A DNA stretch of 56,896 bases, counting the filler, from Sphacelaria rigidula (lineage: Eukaryota): assembly GCA_964200075.2 (NCBI GenBank). It is 7 parts of 7 records of this genome, joined end to end, with 100 filler letters (N's around TTAATTAATTAA, not from the genome) between each part and the next. Parts side by side here need not be neighbours in the genome. Positions count along the whole stretch, not along the records: positions 8,144 to 16,186 come from CAXNAA020012528.1; positions 16,287 to 24,329 come from CAXNAA020012529.1; 5 more parts are not named here. One strand, given 5' to 3'. The position numbers and the translations under genes are program-made. Each line of letters begins with the position of its first letter. Positions within the stretch are counted from its first letter, which is position 1. Shown here piece by piece: positions 10,334 through 22,110 of the stretch. The notes beneath the pieces are model-generated. The model had not been told where the DNA came from. It did no database searches and saw only the letters and a program-made list of their open reading frames with translations.

Positions 10334-13300
10334 ACATACCCGCCGACATTCACGAAGGTGGTAAGCGACAGTGATCTCTGCACGATATCGTTCGACGATG
10401 AAGGGCTGGTTCGCTCCTACACCTTTGGGCTCATGGTGGAGCTCGTGGAGGCCGTCGAAGACCTGGTACGCTCTCTTTTTCGTTTGTTGTCGAACTATGC
10501 TAGTGCGTTGCTCGGTCATGATGCTGTTGCGTGCATTTTGTTTCTTCTTGTTTGCTCTTGCTGCTTTTGTCTCATCCCGTCTAGTGGGCTTTCATGTGTT
10601 CCCTGTCGCATTTGCGATACTTCAACTGCTACTGCTACTGCTACTGCTACTGCTACCATTCATGTAGTTATAGCAACTGTTTGTGTGTGGTGGTGGTGGT
10701 TGTTGTTGTTGTTGTTGTTGTTGTCGCTGCTTCCTTCTTCTTTCTTTTTCTGTGGCTGTTGCCTCTGTCTTCTTCTGTTTCTTTCCCTCTTTCTTTTTTA
10801 CGCTGCTCCTGACCACGGGCTGGATTGCTACAATCAGCTAATGTGAGGTAGTCAATCGATAACTGTAATGCAACAACAACGCGTGTCTACTTGAGAAACA
10901 ACAATTATCAATGGTAACATCAACAACATTCACCTCGTGATGTTCTCGGTTCTCTATGTTTCATACGGTTCGGGTGCACAAAAATACTGAATACTTTCAA
11001 CAGGGTTTGGCTCAATCTCTCTGATATGGGCTGACGATACAACGGTCTACATTATTCTCCCTCTCGTGATGCCACTCTGCGGTCTCCGTCTGCTCTCTGC
11101 ACCATTTCCGTCCCCTCATTTCGTTCCTTGGCACGCTCTGTTTTGGTACCGTGATACCGTGTACCGTGCAGGATGCTGTGGCCGAAGTAAAGAACATCGA
11201 CGCGCGAGTTGAGAACCAGAAGGCCAAGATGCTCTCTCTGGTGAGCTCTAGGTGTATCTGCTGTGCTCTGCCGCAAAGGATGTATCGTGTCGGGATGCTC
11301 TCGCGTTTCTGCAGACACCCTGTTGTTCCAAAGTGTTGATGAAGTCATCTGATAACCCGTCAGCAAAAGGTTTTCGTTTCTGATACATGATTGCTTGGCT
11401 TGACAAGTCAGTTCATTCATCATATTCTGGTGGAAAGTCATACACGGATGGTCCGTTGGATTTCCTCGTCTCCTGGGTGCAGGTGGTGGGTGAAGTGAAG
11501 GTAATGTTCCAAAAATATGCATGGTAGAAAACCGTATACGGTATGAGTACTGTGCTGTACTGTCGAGTTGTACTGTGCCTAGAAACTACGCCAGTTTACT
11601 ATCCCGTGTCGTGCTGAACAAGTAGTACCAGTACTCGGCGCCTGCGAGTACGACCTGTAGAAGCTGTATAATTCCCAGGAGCGTAGACTTTCGTGTTGTT
11701 TCAGTAAATGCTTGGAAGTACATCTTCGCGACTGGGAAGGTTTGAGGTGATCCTTCTGTACCTCGCGTAATGGCACTTGAGCTTGAGCTTGAGCTTGAGC
11801 TTGTTCTAGCTATGTGATGTTATAAATTCATCACCTACTTGCCCCCAACACGGTCCCCCTTCATTTCGCATGTGACCACACCCCTTGATAACGACAATAC
11901 ATGACACTGTCAAAAGGTGTAATGCGAACAATATCGACCATTGCGTATTTTGCAGTAGACGACAGACTCCATACTGTACGCAGTACAATTTTGACCATGT
12001 TATCTGTCGTGCAGAGTGTCATGTGACATAACAGACTGATATATGATGTTTGCACATCAACAGCACTATACTTGATCTGTACCGAGCGGATGGAGTGTTA
12101 CTGTTGATCAGTGCAAGCTACAATTGGTATATATGATGCACGGATGATCTACAGTACTATACGGTGCATGCGCGCTGTGTACAGTTGTTGATTTTTTCTC
12201 AAGTATCCCCCCTATCATTGTGGTGTATCGCCCTAAACGCTTGAGAATCATCGAACGGTTGGTTTTGTCACCGAACCGCTAAAACACCCAGCGTTCGACC
12301 GCGTATCCCATGACGTGTCTCTTTTTCCAGTCAACTTATTACTTGTTTCTTGTTTCATTATATCAGTAACGACTTTCATACATATTTTTTCGTCTCTGGT
12401 TGAGAACAGGAAGGACAGGAGAGTTCTATTGCGTACTCCAAGTGCAAAGCCGACATCTACACGATGTCTCTGGACAAGGAGGCGCTGATGGAGAAGATCA
12501 ACTCCGCGCCTAATACCCAGGGTCTCGGCGGCATCCGTGGTCTATTCGGTGAGTTTCAGGCGGACCCCAGACGCTCTACATCACGGTTCTACCTCGATCA
12601 AGGCCTGGCATATCTCTCAGCTCCCTCTTTGTCTAACCTCACAAAAATGTAGCACAAATTGGCCGAAATCCGCCATGAAGGCGCTATGAGTGTCTCTGCA
12701 TTCAGCTTCACCAGCTGGAGGCGTGAGCGTACATGAACAGCTGGCGTGGATGAGCCGATCGTTTCCTTGCGTCTGTGTGAATTCCAGACAATTCTATAAC
12801 TCAACAGCCATCCTCTTTTTTTTATGGTGACATCGATTTGATCTGTCTGACTCATTATCAACTCGTACTATCTTTTTTTCGAAATTGACATACGCCCTTT
12901 CTCCGATTTCAGTGCCATACTCTCTCAAAGCTTGTCGTAACAACTTCAGCTTCGGAGGTCTGATTTAGTATGGGTGTTCAATTACTGTGGTCGGTAGCAG
13001 CACTCCCGTTGCCCCCCTCTCTCCAAATCTGAACTCGAGCGAAAAATTGGGGTCCTGTGCGATCTATCGCTTCATGTGCCATACCTCTCGTCGTTTCGCA
13101 AATTCTTCCCCCACGTGCATGCTGTAGTTAAGCTCCCTCTGTCCCATGTCACCAAATTCCTCGGCTTTGATTTGGGGGGAATTGCTAGCACCACGCATGT
13201 AGGTCACGTGACAACTATTTCGAGATCTCTGCTGCCCATGTACAGAAGTCGCCAAGACTGGGAACACGTTTTGTGTGCGTGATTGATCATCGCACGTTGA

Positions 13301-13852
13301 CTGATATCAAATGACCCGAGCTTCATGGTACTCTTGTTTCGTTTATCTACTGACAAATTTTCCGCCTGCTCGAGGGCCGGGCCGGTGCGGCGAGTCTCTG
13401 ACTGTAAGTGATGTCGTTGATCCGTGCGTATCCTGTATGTCTCGAGTATCTCCGATATGATGAAAGCTTGACCGTTGGGGTGTTGAAGTAGACCCGAAAA
13501 ACCGGGAGAAATGGTCCAAAGATCGCCCTCCCACCCTTCCTCGCTTCCATTCCTCTGTGCGATGTTTTGGGTTGGGTTTGGTGTCCAGGGTGACGTAGTT
13601 ATCAAAGTAGCTGCTTGCATGATGGCATCATCACAAGTGCACATGCCATTGTCGGCTATTATGGAGTTTCCGAATGGGGTTATTTGACGTTTGGATGCAC
13701 TGACAATATTTTCGCCTCGTGGAAGTGTGTTGGAGATGTGCATGTTTGGGGAGACATGTTCCGGTGCTCATTCGAGATCGATCTGATCGATTTTATTGAT
13801 TTTTTTTTTTCATAACCGTAAGTGATTCCAGCCGTGGTCACATGTTGGGCAA

Positions 13853-13908
<56 letters not shown>

Positions 13909-14427
13909 ACCCACACACACGCACTCACAGGCGAGAGACTTACACGACGTGTCGAACCAAGCGCGTCAAGAGTCGCTCGTTTCCAAGTCTATTGCCAGTC
14001 ATCGCCCAGAGATCGAAAGGTTTTCATCCCGGAGTACACAACGATTCCTAGCCCACTTTCTCCAACTAGATTGTGTTGAGAATATAGTAATGTTTTTGGG
14101 TCGTGGGTATACGGTGATTTTAGTCAAGGACGTCGTTCGAACCTTCATGTTTGGGCTACCTGGCTCCAGCATGAACATGAACATGAACACCGTTTACTGT
14201 CAATCAACCGAACCTATCCCTTCCCCCACGGATCGCGCTCGGCCACAAACACACTCCTTGCTGTAGCTGCGATTGGTGCGGAATTCCCGTCCGATCTGAA
14301 GGAGTTGGAGGGCGCCGATGCTTGCGGGGAAATCGAAGGGGGGCGTCTCTCCGGCTTCAGTTTCCCATCAGAGGTCCGAGAATACGACGCTTTCGACACG
14401 GACAACATCAACGAGCAAGCCAAATGA
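10334..14427 (+). CDS. Hypothetical protein, 3' part of a spliced gene; exons 10334-10465, 11172-11240, 12410-12548, 14267-14427
   Basis: AG/GT-bounded, phase-compatible exons (phases 0, 0, 1): TYPPTFTKVVSDSDLCTISFDDEGLVRSYTFGLMVELVEAVEDL / DAVAEVKNIDARVENQKAKMLSL / EGQESSIAYSKCKADIYTMSLDKEALMEKINSAPNTQGLGGIRGLF / AAIGAEFPSDLKELEGADACGEIEGGRLSGFSFPSEVREYDAFDTDNINEQAK*. Family not recognised. Confidence 0.7.
13855..13908. repeat. (CT)n microsatellite (intronic)
   Basis: Dinucleotide run seen directly. Confidence 0.9.
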
Positions 14428-15482
14428 AAAAGCAAAAACTGTGACCAACAAAGAAGGGAGGAAAGAAAGATGAAGCGTGTTTTACGGGAAATATCCTGAG
14501 TGCAAGTACATGATGTATTCTTCCATACAGTAAGTCTCTTCATTTGATGGCTCCGCGATCAGTGGGGGACTGACCGCTTGTTGTTTTGGTCGATCTGTTG
14601 GCGATCGCGTCGGTAATATACAATATATGTACAAGGTTTCCCTTCGGGAGGTTGGTACTGGCCTCCCGGAGGTGACGCAAGTCGAAAATATATCAGCGTT
14701 ATTCCTTTTCCATATTATGGAGGCAGTTGTGTGGGAGAACATGTACCTTCCTGTAGACATTGTCATATTCCGCAGTTTAAACTATCTGAGAACAAGAGTG
14801 GAGATCATCAAGAGAAGAGAGGTGGACATTTCCAGCATGAAGAGCTCGCTTCACGGGCGGTGTGTGGAGGTGAGAAAAGCACCATCACGCACGAGACCAG
14901 TCACAGCACACATCGCAAGTGATCGCTACTAAAAAAAAGTCGGGTCCCGGTAGTACACGGCGAACTTGTGCAGGATTTTTTCTCTACATGCCGGCCCCAC
15001 CCCGCGCGCACGGATTTCAGATCACACTTGGTAGACCTAAAGAAACGCATGTAAACAATGATTAGTACTCGATCTTGATGTCAGACTGAAGAAAGTTCTG
15101 AGAAAATTCATGATTTGGGGTAGGTGAGCAGTGGTGAGCAGTAGACCCAGCTCGTCCAAAACGTGTTTTGGTCCGAAATAAAATCGGCTTAAAGGAGTCG
15201 ATTTGAGCTCTCGCAACGTACGCTTTACTTGAGAAACACTCTGCACCCCTCTTGCCCGAGCGTTCTCGGTATGCTTTGGTCGGTGTTAGGGTTAGGGTTA
15301 GCAAAAGGGTTGGCGGCATCTCCATAGTACCAACCATTGTTTACGTACACGTCTTTAGGTCCCCTCTATGAAGTACCTGCGTAGGGATGTATCCCTGTCA
15401 CAAGGACATCCCTGCGCCGGTATTCCACAGGTGCATCCTGTGAGGGAACTTTCTCCTACGGGTTGCATGATCACAGGGATTT

Positions 15483-15967
15483 AGGTAACCCCCTGCGCTG
15501 GTCCTCCGAACAGTCGATCATCGAAATTGAGAATGGAGCTTTTCATTTAGGATGAGTACCCGAGAAATTAAAACTTCATACCCGCACTAAATCTTCGAAA
15601 CATTGTCCCATTGCTTCACCTACTGGTGGCTATTGATAACTACTACACGCTCTACAAATTTGGAGTTCGATAACCGAAATATTGGGGTCCTAGATGTACA
15701 AACAATTTGAGGGAATATAGGTGATCCGGTTGGATAGCGGAAATTCCCCAAAATGTTTTATTCGCTCCCAGGACCTCAACATTTCGGTTATCGAAATCCA
15801 AATATGTAGGGCGTGTAGCAGTTATCAATAGCTACCAGTAGGCGAAGGGATGGGACCATGTTTCGAAGATGTGGTGTGGATAAGAAGATTTCAATCCTCC
15901 TAGTTCTCATCCTCAATGAAAAGCTCCATCCTCAATGTCGATGATCCGCTTTTTCCACAGGTTACCC
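15483..15967. mobile_element. Palindromic MITE / foldback element (~485 bp)
   Basis: The left arm (ATGGAGCTTTTCATT...TCTTCGAAACAT...CCTACTGGTGGCTATTGATAACT...TTCGATAACCGAAAT) is the imperfect reverse complement of the right arm (ATTTCGGTTATCGAA...AGTTATCAATAGCTACCAGTAGG...ATGTTTCGAAGA...AATGAAAAGCTCCAT). Ends are GGTAACC / GGTTACC. Confidence 0.75.
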
Positions 15968-16813
15968 ACGGTGGGGATGTTTGCCCACGTGTGTGCCTTG
16001 TTCAACTCGCTAACGGCTCATTGCACAGCTTTGTGTTTGCTGCTGACTAAGGCGAAAGCAATGTTCAATTGTTTTCAACTGCTTTGCCCTCATGTTCTCG
16101 TGACATTCGCTGCATAACCAACAGTGTTTTCGTGAGATTGAGAGTAGATGATACGATTGATGGTGAAAAGCGGTCAGTTAGTGAATNNNNNNNNNNNNNN
16201 NNNNNNNNNNNNNNNNNNNNNNNNNNNNNNTTAATTAATTAANNNNNNNNNNNNNNNNNNNNNNNNNNNNNNNNNNNNNNNNNNNNGATCGACAAACAGA
16301 ACGCCCTCGGGTTCACGTCTTGAGTACGCAGCCCTCTCCAGCATTGAGGCTGGCAGTATTTATTTTCCTTCTTTGTTTTCTTTTCTTCAATACTTTTACT
16401 TTATTCGTTTTTTATTTCTTTTGCATCGCGTCTGTGTGAATTTTTCGGGGTTCGATTTTCGTTTTTGATTTTCTTTAACCCTACTTTAGGGGAGTTAACC
16501 TGTGACCATGGAAGGCGTCCGCATCAGATGCCCAGTACAGAGTACTACGCAGATATCGGGAACAGGTTTTACTGTGAAGACAACATCAGTCAGTTGTACT
16601 GTATAGAATTGGAGGATGACGATGGATTAATGAGCATGAACATTCTCCACCCTTGTCACGATGCCCCGACTCTAGCCATAGCAGCACACACTCGAAAAGC
16701 GACGGCGTACTGTGGACTGCAGACCAAAGCAGAAGGAATGCCATGTGGATGTACGACGCGTAGTCATCGTGAACATTTGATCTGCTATTTCGGAACATGA
16801 GTTGCAGTTCTTA

Positions 16814-17174
16814 GCTGGTCGCCCCAGTGGCTCAGTTCGTAACCTCGAAACCTTCTGACGGTTGAGTCTTGGGCCCGAGTCACGGAGCGATCTGGGATTT
16901 TTCCTCACACAATGCCCCACAGTGGAGAGCGACTGTGTTGTGGGTACACAAAATTCGTCTTAATGGTCGACAAGGGAAAGGGACTGCTGAACCCCTCTGG
17001 CGATGAAAAAAAAAGGCAAGCAACGGAGAAGGAAGGTGGAAAACTAAAACAAACGAGAAAGAAAAAAGCTCCTGTCTTGACCTTCCTGCTGTGTGACCCC
17101 GTCTGGTGTGCCCACATATATATGCCGAAAGGGTGTAGCCCGGTGCCAGCATAGATGGGACGACAACACACACA
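16814..17174 (+). mobile_element. tRNA-derived SINE, apparently full length (~360 bp), (CA)n tail
   Basis: A-box-like TGGCTCAGTTCG, degenerate B-box, conserved body GGTCGAC.AGGGAAAGGGACTGCTGAACCCCT, and end ATAGATGGGACGACAACACACACA. Other copies at 9793-9942, 36311-36547, 48955-49086 (-) and a head fragment ~23320-23388 (-). Confidence 0.65.
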
Positions 17175-17508
17175 GTACTTCTGCAATGAAATGTACATAT
17201 ACTAATGTACGGTACTCTAATGCGCTCTCGTGGTTCAGCAGTGCCATGCATTCTTTGGTTAACGGTATTTGGGGCCTTGAGTCTCGCCCGTAGTCGGACC
17301 CTATGTTCATTTCCACTTGGCGTTGCGCGTCGAGTTGGAAAGCCGGGTGCCATCCCCTGAAGCCCGAATGGCCGCCTGCGGCACAGGGTCTTCTGAGGTT
17401 AGCCATATGTATTCTCTTTCTTCTTTATTATTTATCCCTGTTTCAATTGTATCGCGTTTTGTGAGTTTTAATCTAGGTCTATTTCGTTTTTTTGATTTTT
17501 TTGCTAGC

Positions 17509-17620
17509 CTGTGACCAACCACGGAAGGCGTCCGCATCAGATGCCCAGTACGAATGCACCGCGCAGATATCGGAACGGTTTTTTAATGTGAAGACAACAA
17601 CAACAACAACAACAACAACG
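17509..17620 (+). mobile_element. Retrotransposon-like 3' end with (CAA)n tail (second copy 16499-16586)
   Basis: CCTGTGACCA...GGAAGGCGTCCGCATCAGATGCCCAGTAC...CGCAGATATCGG...TGTGAAGACAAC occurs twice in the contig. Confidence 0.55.
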
Positions 17621-18590
17621 ACAATGCAAACGGTGCTGAAGCTGCTGCGTCAGAATACTGCACCTGTAGATCGAGTGTCTCCTACGCATAACCTTCGCCA
17701 AAGATTATTACTTGGATACACGCAGATACCGGTTAGCCACGTTCCTCTGCGATGCCGGCTAGACAAAAGTAGTGCAAGTTATCTTGCGGTTCTGTTCCTG
17801 TTGTCGCAGAGACTGTCCTTCCTGTGGTCTCAGATACTATTTCGCATTGGTTAGAAGTATACTTTATTCGGAAACCATTCCTTCGGATCTTTTGAAGGAG
17901 AAAACTACTATAGAGGTGGTGCTCGGGTGATGAAGGGAATTTTCAAACCTCCTTGCCGGCGCTGTTGCACGCGCAGGGGGTGTTATTCAGCATCACATTA
18001 CGGTCATGATCAGTTTGTGAGTGTTATCGTCGGTATCTTGGCTAAGTAGCTGTGACAAAGTAACTTTCACATCGCAACCCAAGAGAGCAAAAAAAATGCC
18101 GCAAGCTTCAAGCTTTACGCTGCGGTGATACTTTGTTAGGGGATACGTAATGAAGGCACCGCCAACTACTGTATTGTGCGTAGAGTAACAGAGTGCATCG
18201 CCGTCCGTCGGCGTTGTACTATCATGTCGCTCACTTTGTTGCCTCCACCTTGACGAAGAATGTACGGCCGTCGCTGTGGCTAATCAGGACTGTGCCGCCA
18301 TCTTGGATGAGGTCATTATTTCTAGCGTCGCTCCCTGTCGACGCCATTTATTGATCACTTGGGTGGGTGACAGATCACCAGGCCAAAGCACAAAACACAT
18401 CCTGCATGACGAACCCCCCCCCCCCCCTTGCAAAAACTGGGGGGTACCCTGTGGTACGCCGAACGATCCGCCAAGTTCCGCCGCTCTGCACCTCATTATT
18501 GTTGATACAAGTATAGAAAGCAAATAGATCCAGTAGCCGGTGACATCGTCGTTGCATTGTGCCGCTGGAAGCTGAGAACTGCCCAGAAGC

Positions 18591-18915
18591 ATGGCTTCCG
18601 AACCAGCTACAGACATCGAAGCTCAAGCTGAATCTAAGACGACAACGACGGGCACGGACGACAAAGCAGAGCCAAAGCAGGTGGTAAAAGACGATGAAGA
18701 GGAGGCACCCGCGCATGCCAGTACTGTATGCGGCGTCGGCAGCAGCGACAGCGGCGGCGGTGACCGCGACAGCGGCAGCGGTGACAGCGGCGGTGGCGGC
18801 GGCGGTGGCGGCGGTGGCGGCAATGGCAGTAACAGCAGTAAGAAGAAGTCTGCGGCAGAGACCAAGGAGGACCTTGCGCGAGTCACACAGAGCCTCCGCG
18901 ACGATGCGCACGAAG
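18591..18915 (+). CDS. Probable first coding exon of an unidentified gene (low-complexity, Gly/Ser/acidic N-terminus)
   Basis: ATG then MASEPATDIEAQAESK...GGGGGG...KEDLARVTQSLRDDAHE, GC-rich codons, donor-like GAAG|GTCAGT at 18915/16. No downstream exon identified. Confidence 0.45.
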
Positions 18916-19691
18916 GTCAGTTCGCAATCACGAAAGACGAAACAACTTCGGTGCATGACGATGTTTAGCACCCCCAATATGATCATGAAGTGTGAAGTGT
19001 GGAAGCCCTTGGGAGAACCGATAATTGGCTTCGGCGCTGGACATAACATGCCGAGTGCATCGATTTTCATGCCGAACGCTGATCTGTTGCGTGCCTACAT
19101 CTTTTTGTAGCTCTTGCTTTGCATGTGTGGCGTGCGTGGACAAAAGGTGTGCGGGGTAATGACCCGATCTGTCACAACGGGAACATGACCTCATTACTGT
19201 GAATATGGCACATCGTTCGCCCAAGCGATGGATTGTGATGCTAGCGAGATGAACGCACTACACTACACTACCTGTAGGAGTTTGGTAATGCTGGGTAGTG
19301 CTAGTATACTCCGGCACTGGATCCGCGTATCCGAGGTAAAGGCGGCGTCAGCAGTAGATCGCAGCTGCAAAATTGAAAAAAGGTGTTTGAAAAAAGAAAC
19401 CCGAGATCGAACCGAATCCCACCTCGCTTTGGTATCGTCGCTTTAGTTCTGAAATTCTATGGTTGAGAACATCCTGCGACATCGCGTTTCCGAAAATCTC
19501 TCCATGTGTTACGAGAATAGTACGTGCAGTGTATAGTTTCATCAAATCCAAGGGCTACTCCTAACCCGAACCTCAACCCAAAGCGCGTCGAGAACTCTCG
19601 GGCAGATGAGATGCGCAGGTTGCCCAGGGACGTCGTGTCCGTTGGCCGACGTCAAATCACGCATCCGCCGATTCGAGGCAAAACGCTTGCT

Positions 19692-20465
19692 GAGCAAGCT
19701 GGGCAAGCCCTTGGCACTACTGTAACTGTTGTTGCGAGCCCTTCAAAGTGGCGAATATGATGACCTGAACCAAAACCAAGAACATATCTTCATCCATCGT
19801 ATCTTGAAGGCAAACTGAGCAAACTGAGCCTAGCTCCACCGATGTTTCGGTATAGTAGAGTTCGCCACCCTAAATATTTTTCACGAGCATTCATCGTACG
19901 AGGTATCTCAAAGTCGAAGTTCCCGATGTATATGACGGTAACTTACTGTTGGACACTCCGTTTATCGGGACGTCTAGTTTGATACGTTTACAGTACCGCA
20001 AACAATACGAGGAACCTCACGCCAAAACCATTAACCCTTAGACGGCGAAGTTGGTCTTTCTGTTGAATCGACATCTATTTCACTTGAAAAAAGTATGCAT
20101 GATCCAGGAAGACTACCCTCGCGGTCCAAGGCCATGGCAGAGCAAGCTGGGCAAGCGCTTGGCTCTGTAACCGCTGCGAGCCTTTCAAAGCGGCGAATAT
20201 AATGACCTGAACCAAAACCAAGAACATATCTTCATCCATCGTATTTTGGAGGCAAACTAAGCCCAGCTCCACCGTTGTTTCGGTATATAATGGTACAGTT
20301 CGCTACCTTGGATGTTTCTCACTATTATATAATACTGTAGCACTAATCGTACGAGGTATCTCAAAGTCGAGGTTCCCGGCGTATTTGACGGTTATCTACT
20401 GTTGAATACATTGGAACGCCGAGTTTGAGATATTTTGAGTACCGCAAAATATACGAGGATCCTCG
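19692..20465. repeat. Diverged direct duplication of a ~325-bp unit (19692-20018 and 20140-20465), separated by a short MITE
   Basis: Shared AGCAAGCTGGGCAAGC...ATGACCTGAACCAAAACCAAGAACATATCTTCATCCATCGTAT...ATCGTACGAGGTATCTCAAAGTCGA...AGTACCGCAAA. Confidence 0.8.
20035..20131. mobile_element. ~100-bp piggyBac-like MITE
   Basis: TTAA|CCCTTAGACGGCG start and CCTCGCGGTCCAAGG end. The internal part is the reverse complement of the copy at 21212-21309. Confidence 0.55.
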
Positions 20466-21211
20466 AGGTTGAGACACCTTTATAACGCATCCGACCTTTT
20501 TTTCAACTAGTTTCAGGTATCCTGGGCGCAGGTCCACTTTATGCCAGTGCAACACCAATTCACCGGCGCACTTCGGGTGGAGTACCCCCAAACCCCCTGT
20601 TGCCCGAGTTTGTACTCTGCTTTCGAATCTGTGCACTAAAGCCCTGTGCACAGGGCAGGTGTGGGGCGGAGAAGCATTTCCCCCAAATGCCAGTCACACC
20701 GAATGTAAGTCCTCACGGAGAAAAACTGACAACGCCGACTGGCAGTACCCTAGGTCCCTGCCAGCCAACCTCAAGGACAGCCTCGGGTAAACACCCCCCC
20801 TCCATTTTGTACACGATGGACAGGAGGTTGAACACACACAGGCGATTCACGATTGAGAATATTTGTCGCTCTTGTCCCCCCTCTCTCCTTTTTTTGGAAT
20901 GGATAGAGTGAAAGCCAAGAAACATTACTTAGACCGCGAGATTAGTCTTTCTGGATCATGCATATTTTTTTTCACCTGAAATTGATGCCGATTCAACAGA
21001 AGACTAACCTCGTGGACTATTCCTGGCGATTTTACATTCGCCCGAATCGTGGCAAGATTTTCACACGTCGGACGAGCACGAGTGTGACTCGTGGCAATCG
21101 CACTCGTTGAGCTGCTGGTTGGCCGTAAAAAGTAATAGGGCGAGAACTCGTGGCATTGCTCGTTGTGGAAAAAAAGTTTTAGGGTGAGCACTCGATTCTT
21201 AGGTTGTTAAA

Positions 21212-21309
21212 CCCTTAGACGGTGAGATGAGTCTTTCTGAATCATGCATACTTTTTTTCACTTGAAATTGATGCCGATTCAACAAAAGACTAACCTCGCG
21301 GTCCAAGGG
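21212..21309. mobile_element. ~100-bp piggyBac-like MITE nested in the left arm of the long-TIR element (third, trimmed copy at 20928-21017)
   Basis: TIR CCCTTAGACGGTGAGATGAGTCTTT / AAAGACTAACCTCGCGGTCCAAGGG, with TTAA(A) and TTGA flanks. Absent from the right arm. Confidence 0.6.
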
Positions 21310-21550
21310 TTGAAAAAAAAGCAACGGCTCGAGCACACGAATCATTGCCCGTTGTAAAGAAAAGTAATGACTCGAGCACACGAGTCATGCTCGTTGTGTT
21401 TTAAAAAAAATCCACGAGTGCGCTCGTTTCGACGAGTAATGACTCGTCCAACGTGTGCAAGGTTCTGGGTCCCTCGCCACGTGAAACAGGAGGCATTCCG
21501 TCTCATACTTGAGTCCTCATGTCGCTGTTCGTTCCTCGTGAAGGATGATC

Positions 21551-22110
21551 TCTCGTGTGGATGAGACGTGAAATATGTCTTCTCATGGGTGAGGTATGGA
21601 AATCTCGTGAGCGAGGCGTCAGATATTTCTTCTCGTGGATGAGGCACTGTGTATTTTCTCGGGAGCGAGACATGAGATATTTCTTCTCGTGGGTGATGCA
21701 TCATTATATATTTTCTCGTGAGCGAGGCGTCGGATATTTCTTCTCGTGCATGAGGCATTACAGCTGTTCTCGCGAACGAGGCATCGTATATTTCTTCTCG
21801 TGGATGAGGCATTACAGCTGTTCTCGCGAACGAGGCATCAGACATCTCTTCTCGTGGACAAGGCATTACCGCTCTTCTCGCGAATGAGGCATTAGACGTG
21901 TCTTCCCGTGGATGAGGCATTATGTCTCTTCTCCTGGACGAGGCATTATATCTCTTCTCGCGAATTGGGCATCAAGTATCTCTTCTCATGAGTGAGGCAT
22001 AGATAGTTTCATATTTCTTCTCACGGATGCGGCATCAGATATGTCTTTTCGTAAATGAGGCACAAACAGCTCAGGTGAGATGCATACCTTCTGCGCGTGG
22101 ATGATGCCTC
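21551..22110. repeat. ~54-bp minisatellite (two ~27-bp subunits)
   Basis: TCTCGTGGATGAGGCATTACAGCTGT + TCTCGCGAACGAGGCATCAGATATTTCT repeated. The minus ORF 21342-21920 shows 18-aa periodicity. Confidence 0.85.

Noticed and set aside
21342..21920. 192-aa repeat protein ORF
   Set aside because: Read-through of a 54-bp minisatellite inside a TIR element, with no splice or homology support.
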